Assembly: GCA_031960885.1 (NCBI GenBank)
Contig: JAVRLY010000046.1
Location: forward strand, 1 to 10,521
Source: Desulfurella sp.
Lineage (GTDB): Bacteria > Campylobacterota_A > Desulfurellia > Desulfurellales > Desulfurellaceae
Direction of reading: 5' to 3'
DNA length: 10,521 nucleotides
The translations under genes were made by a program, and so were the position numbers. The notes under the pieces are model-generated. The model saw only the letters and a list, made by a program, of their open reading frames with translations, was not told the origin of the DNA and searched no databases. Every line of letters starts with the position of its first letter. Position 1 is the stretch's first letter. Positions 8,191 through 10,521 of the stretch are shown here, in pieces.

Positions 8191-9218
8191 GGATAAGCAA
8201 GCAGGAGGCTTTGCAGCTTTTCAATGAGTTAGATTTTATAGAATTGGGGAAAATGGCTTCCAATGTTAGATTTGAAAAACATCCTCAGAAAATCGTAACA
8301 TTTATTGCAGACACAAACATTAACTACACAAACATTTGTGAAGCAAAATGCTCCTTTTGTGCTTTTTATAGAAACAAAAACGACAAAGACGCATACACGC
8401 TAAGCATTGATGAGCTTAAACAAAAGGCTTTATATGCAAAAGAAATGGGTTTGTCAACGATACTGATTCAAGGCGGACTCAACCCAGAGCTTGATTATGA
8501 TTATTACATAAATTTAGTTTCGCAGCTTGCACGCATTGGCATACACGTTCATGCTTTTTCACCACCAGAAATAGATCTAATGTGTCGCATAAGCTCAAAA
8601 TCGCCCAAAGAGGTATTTGAAGATTTAAAAAAAGCTGGGCTATCCACAATGCCTGGTGGTGGCGCAGAAATATTATCCGAGCGTGTAAGAAAAAAAATAT
8701 CGCCAAAAAAGATTTCTAGCGCAAGATGGCTTGAAATCATGAAAGCAGCTCACGAATGTGGTATAAAAACTACTGCTACTATGATGTTTGGACATATTGA
8801 AACAATTGAAGATATCATTGAGCATTTGGATAATATAAGGAGGTTACAAGATGAAACTGGTGGTTTTAGAGCCTTTATAGCGTGGGATTTTAAGCCAGAA
8901 AATACTGCGTTGAAAAAATTTGTCAAAAAAAAGCCAAGCGGTATGGATTATTTAAAATTGGTTGCTTTGTCTCGCATTTATCTTGACAATATCGACAATA
9001 TTCAAGCCTCGTGGTCTAGTCAAGGCAAAAGTATTGGACAGCTTGCTTTATTTTTTGGTGCTAATGATTTAGGTAGTTTACTGTTTGAAGAAAATGTCAT
9101 GGCTCAAGCAGGCTTTAGAGTAACAGCCACAGTGGAAGAATTGGCTGATTTGATTAAACAAGCAGGGTTTGTGCCTGCACTTAGAACAACAAACTATGAG
9201 ATTGTGAGGTACTTATGA
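8187..9218 (+). CDS. mqnC: Cyclic dehypoxanthinyl futalosine synthase (radical SAM)
   Basis: 343 aa. NINYTNICEAKCSFCAF, LIQGG, HAFSPPEI, TATMMFGH, NIQASW, GANDLGSLLFEENV. ATGA overlap with mqnE. Confidence 0.9.
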   Translation: MRISKQEALQLFNELDFIELGKMASNVRFEKHPQKIVTFIADTNINYTNICEAKCSFCAFYRNKNDKDAYTLSIDELKQKALYAKEMGLSTILIQGGLNPELDYDYYINLVSQLARIGIHVHAFSPPEIDLMCRISSKSPKEVFEDLKKAGLSTMPGGGAEILSERVRKKISPKKISSARWLEIMKAAHECGIKTTATMMFGHIETIEDIIEHLDNIRRLQDETGGFRAFIAWDFKPENTALKKFVKKKPSGMDYLKLVALSRIYLDNIDNIQASWSSQGKSIGQLALFFGANDLGSLLFEENVMAQAGFRVTATVEELADLIKQAGFVPALRTTNYEIVRYL

Positions 9219-9688
9219 AAGTATGTTTATTTTGTGATATTTATGAACAAAAAAATGATATTTTATTTGAAAACGACAAGTTTTTTGTAATTTTGGACAA
9301 ATTTCCTGTAAATCCGGGGCATATACTAATCATTCCCATAAAACACATTGAATCCATAGATGATTTAAGCGATAACGATTTTTTTTACCTAAAAAAAGCT
9401 ATCTCAAAGTCAAAAGAATTTCTCGAAAAAAATAGTTTGAAAGATTTATATGAGAACTTAAGCCCAATTAATGAAAAATCACTTGATTTTATAGAAAATG
9501 TGCTAAGAAGCTCTTATATAAATAAAAAACCTGATGGTTACAATTTTGGTTTAAATGAAGGCCAAGCAGCAGGCCAAACAATCGCTCATTTGCACTTTCA
9601 CTTAATACCTCGATACTTTAATGATGTGCCAAACCCAGCTGGTGGTATAAGGTATGTAATATACGATAAGGCAAACTATAAATCATAA
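9215..9688 (+). CDS. HIT-family nucleotide hydrolase
   Basis: 157 aa. N-terminal CLFC, FPVNPGHILIIP, PDGYNFGLNEGQAAGQT and the histidine triad HLHFHLIPR. ATGA overlap with mqnC. Confidence 0.92.
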   Translation: MKVCLFCDIYEQKNDILFENDKFFVILDKFPVNPGHILIIPIKHIESIDDLSDNDFFYLKKAISKSKEFLEKNSLKDLYENLSPINEKSLDFIENVLRSSYINKKPDGYNFGLNEGQAAGQTIAHLHFHLIPRYFNDVPNPAGGIRYVIYDKANYKS

Positions 9689-9699
9689 AAAGGGGTTGT

Positions 9700-10053
9700 T
9701 TGTTGGAAGAAAAAAAGATTTTTGGCAGAATCTGGATAGACATAGATGACAAAAACTTTTTAGGCAAAGGCAAAATTGAGCTTTTAAAAAAAATCGATGA
9801 GTATGGCTCAATTTCAAAAGCAGCAAAAGAGATGAAAATGAGCTACAAAGCTGCATGGGATATTGTAAAAAGCATAAATACCTTGTCCAAATATCCAATA
9901 CTGCAAACGCACGTTGGCGGCTCTGACGGTGGCGGCTCTTTTTTAACACAAAGAGGCAAAGAGCTCATTGCTGCTTTTGAAGCTATTGAAAAAGATTTAG
10001 ATAAATTTCTAATAAAAGCTCAACGCAAAATAAATAAATTGCTTGAAGATTAA
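9700..10053 (+). CDS. ModE-family winged-HTH regulator, short form without molybdate-binding TOBE domains
   Basis: 117 aa. LGKGKIELLKKIDEYGSISKAAKEMKMSYKAAW and GGSDGGGSFLT match the ModE N-terminal domain. TTG start; the TTG at 9703 is better spaced from the AAGGGG at 9690-9695. Confidence 0.88.
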   Translation: MLEEKKIFGRIWIDIDDKNFLGKGKIELLKKIDEYGSISKAAKEMKMSYKAAWDIVKSINTLSKYPILQTHVGGSDGGGSFLTQRGKELIAAFEAIEKDLDKFLIKAQRKINKLLED

Positions 10054-10105
10054 ATAGCCTAAAAACTGGCATTTTCACACAATTTTTTGAAAAAATTAAA
10101 AAAAT

Positions 10106-10141
10106 ATCATTTTTTTCTTGACAAGCATAAAATGATTTTAT
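10106..10141. repeat. Two overlapping inverted repeats (candidate operators)
   Basis: 10106-10136 is an imperfect palindrome centred on 10121 with 13 of 15 pairs. 10127-10141 is a perfect 7-1-7 palindrome, ATAAAAT-G-ATTTTAT. Confidence 0.55.
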
Positions 10142-10147
10142 TATACT
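10118..10147 (+). promoter_or_regulatory. sigma70-type promoter for the FadL-like gene
   Basis: TTGACA (10118-10123), 18 nt spacer, TATACT (10142-10147). Confidence 0.7.
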
Positions 10148-10176
10148 GTGACAAAATTACGATTTTTGGGGGTCTT

Positions 10177-10521
10177 ATGTTGAAAAAACGCTTGTCTTTG
10201 GCAGCTGCTTTAGCTGTTGGTTTAACTTTTGGTGTAGCAACAAACTCGTTTGCTACAAACGGCTATTTTATGACAGGTCTTGGCGCAAAGCAAATTGCAT
10301 TGGGTGGAGCAGTTGTGGCTAACCCGCAAGATGCTTCTACAATTTTGACAAACCCAGCAGGTATATCATGGCTTCCTACATCTAGCGCATCTGTTGGCGG
10401 AGATATTTTTGTGCCACTTAGATACTTAAATGGACAAGGCAGCCAGTCAAATGTTTATGTAGTGCCATCTGCTGGTATAGCAATAAACCCAAAAGGCTGT
10501 AACTGCCAAGAGTCAAACTTT
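10177..10521 (+). CDS. OmpP1/FadL/TodX-family outer-membrane transporter, 5' part (truncated by window end)
   Basis: Manual translation, open for 115 codons: MLKKRLSLAAALAVGLTFGVATNSFA|TNGYFMTGLGAKQIALGGAVVANPQDASTILTNPAGISWL... This shows a Sec signal peptide ending in SFA, then a FadL-type hatch with the NPA motif. GGGGG RBS at 10168-10172. Confidence 0.87.
   Translation, partial: MLKKRLSLAAALAVGLTFGVATNSFATNGYFMTGLGAKQIALGGAVVANPQDASTILTNPAGISWLPTSSASVGGDIFVPLRYLNGQGSQSNVYVVPSAGIAINPKGCNCQESNF

Noticed and set aside
7716..8740. Minus-strand ORFs of 71, 75 and 63 aa
   Set aside because: Antisense to the well-conserved mqnE and mqnC.
7120..9218. Tandem radical SAM genes as a RiPP or F420 (cofG/cofH) system
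   Set aside because: The motifs fit MqnE and MqnC; no precursor peptide, SPASM domain or CofG is visible.
9215..9688. HIT gene as a recent horizontal insertion
   Set aside because: A hand count gives about 30% GC over 9241-9660, unremarkable in this AT-rich window. There are no flanking repeats, and the gene is stop-start coupled to mqnC.
9683..9949. 88 aa minus-strand ORF
   Set aside because: Antisense to the ModE-like gene with implausible composition.
10056..10076. GCC-N8-GGC followed by ATTTT as a terminator
   Set aside because: A stem of only 3 bp is too weak to call an intrinsic terminator.
10081..10097. AATTTTTT-G-AAAAAATT palindrome
   Set aside because: Homopolymer-based and low complexity; more likely part of an A/T-tract UP-element region.
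10147..10162. TGTGA half-site suggesting a CRP/Rex box
   Set aside because: The second half-site (TCACA) is not present at the required spacing.

Overview
AT-rich, gene-dense bacterial chromosome segment that is almost entirely housekeeping. The gene content (LPS/Kdo genes, futalosine menaquinone pathway, Campylobacterota-style AroA start) suggests a Gram-negative anaerobe, possibly Desulfurellales/Campylobacterota; this is an inference only. A divergent promoter region (about 3049-3158) drives rplM-rpsI-argC-argJ on the minus strand. On the plus strand it drives a tightly packed run: acyP, TPR-like protein, kdsD, kdsC, lptC-like, aroA, mqnE, mqnC, HIT hydrolase and a short ModE-like regulator. 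A separate sigma70-type promoter overlaid with two palindromes then precedes a FadL/OmpP1/TodX-family outer-membrane transporter that runs off the window and is missing from the ORF track. I see no mobile elements, CRISPR, rRNA or tRNA, and no clearly new system. The best candidate for a second look is the sensor-less ModE, palindromic promoter and CxC-bearing FadL-like porin at the right end.
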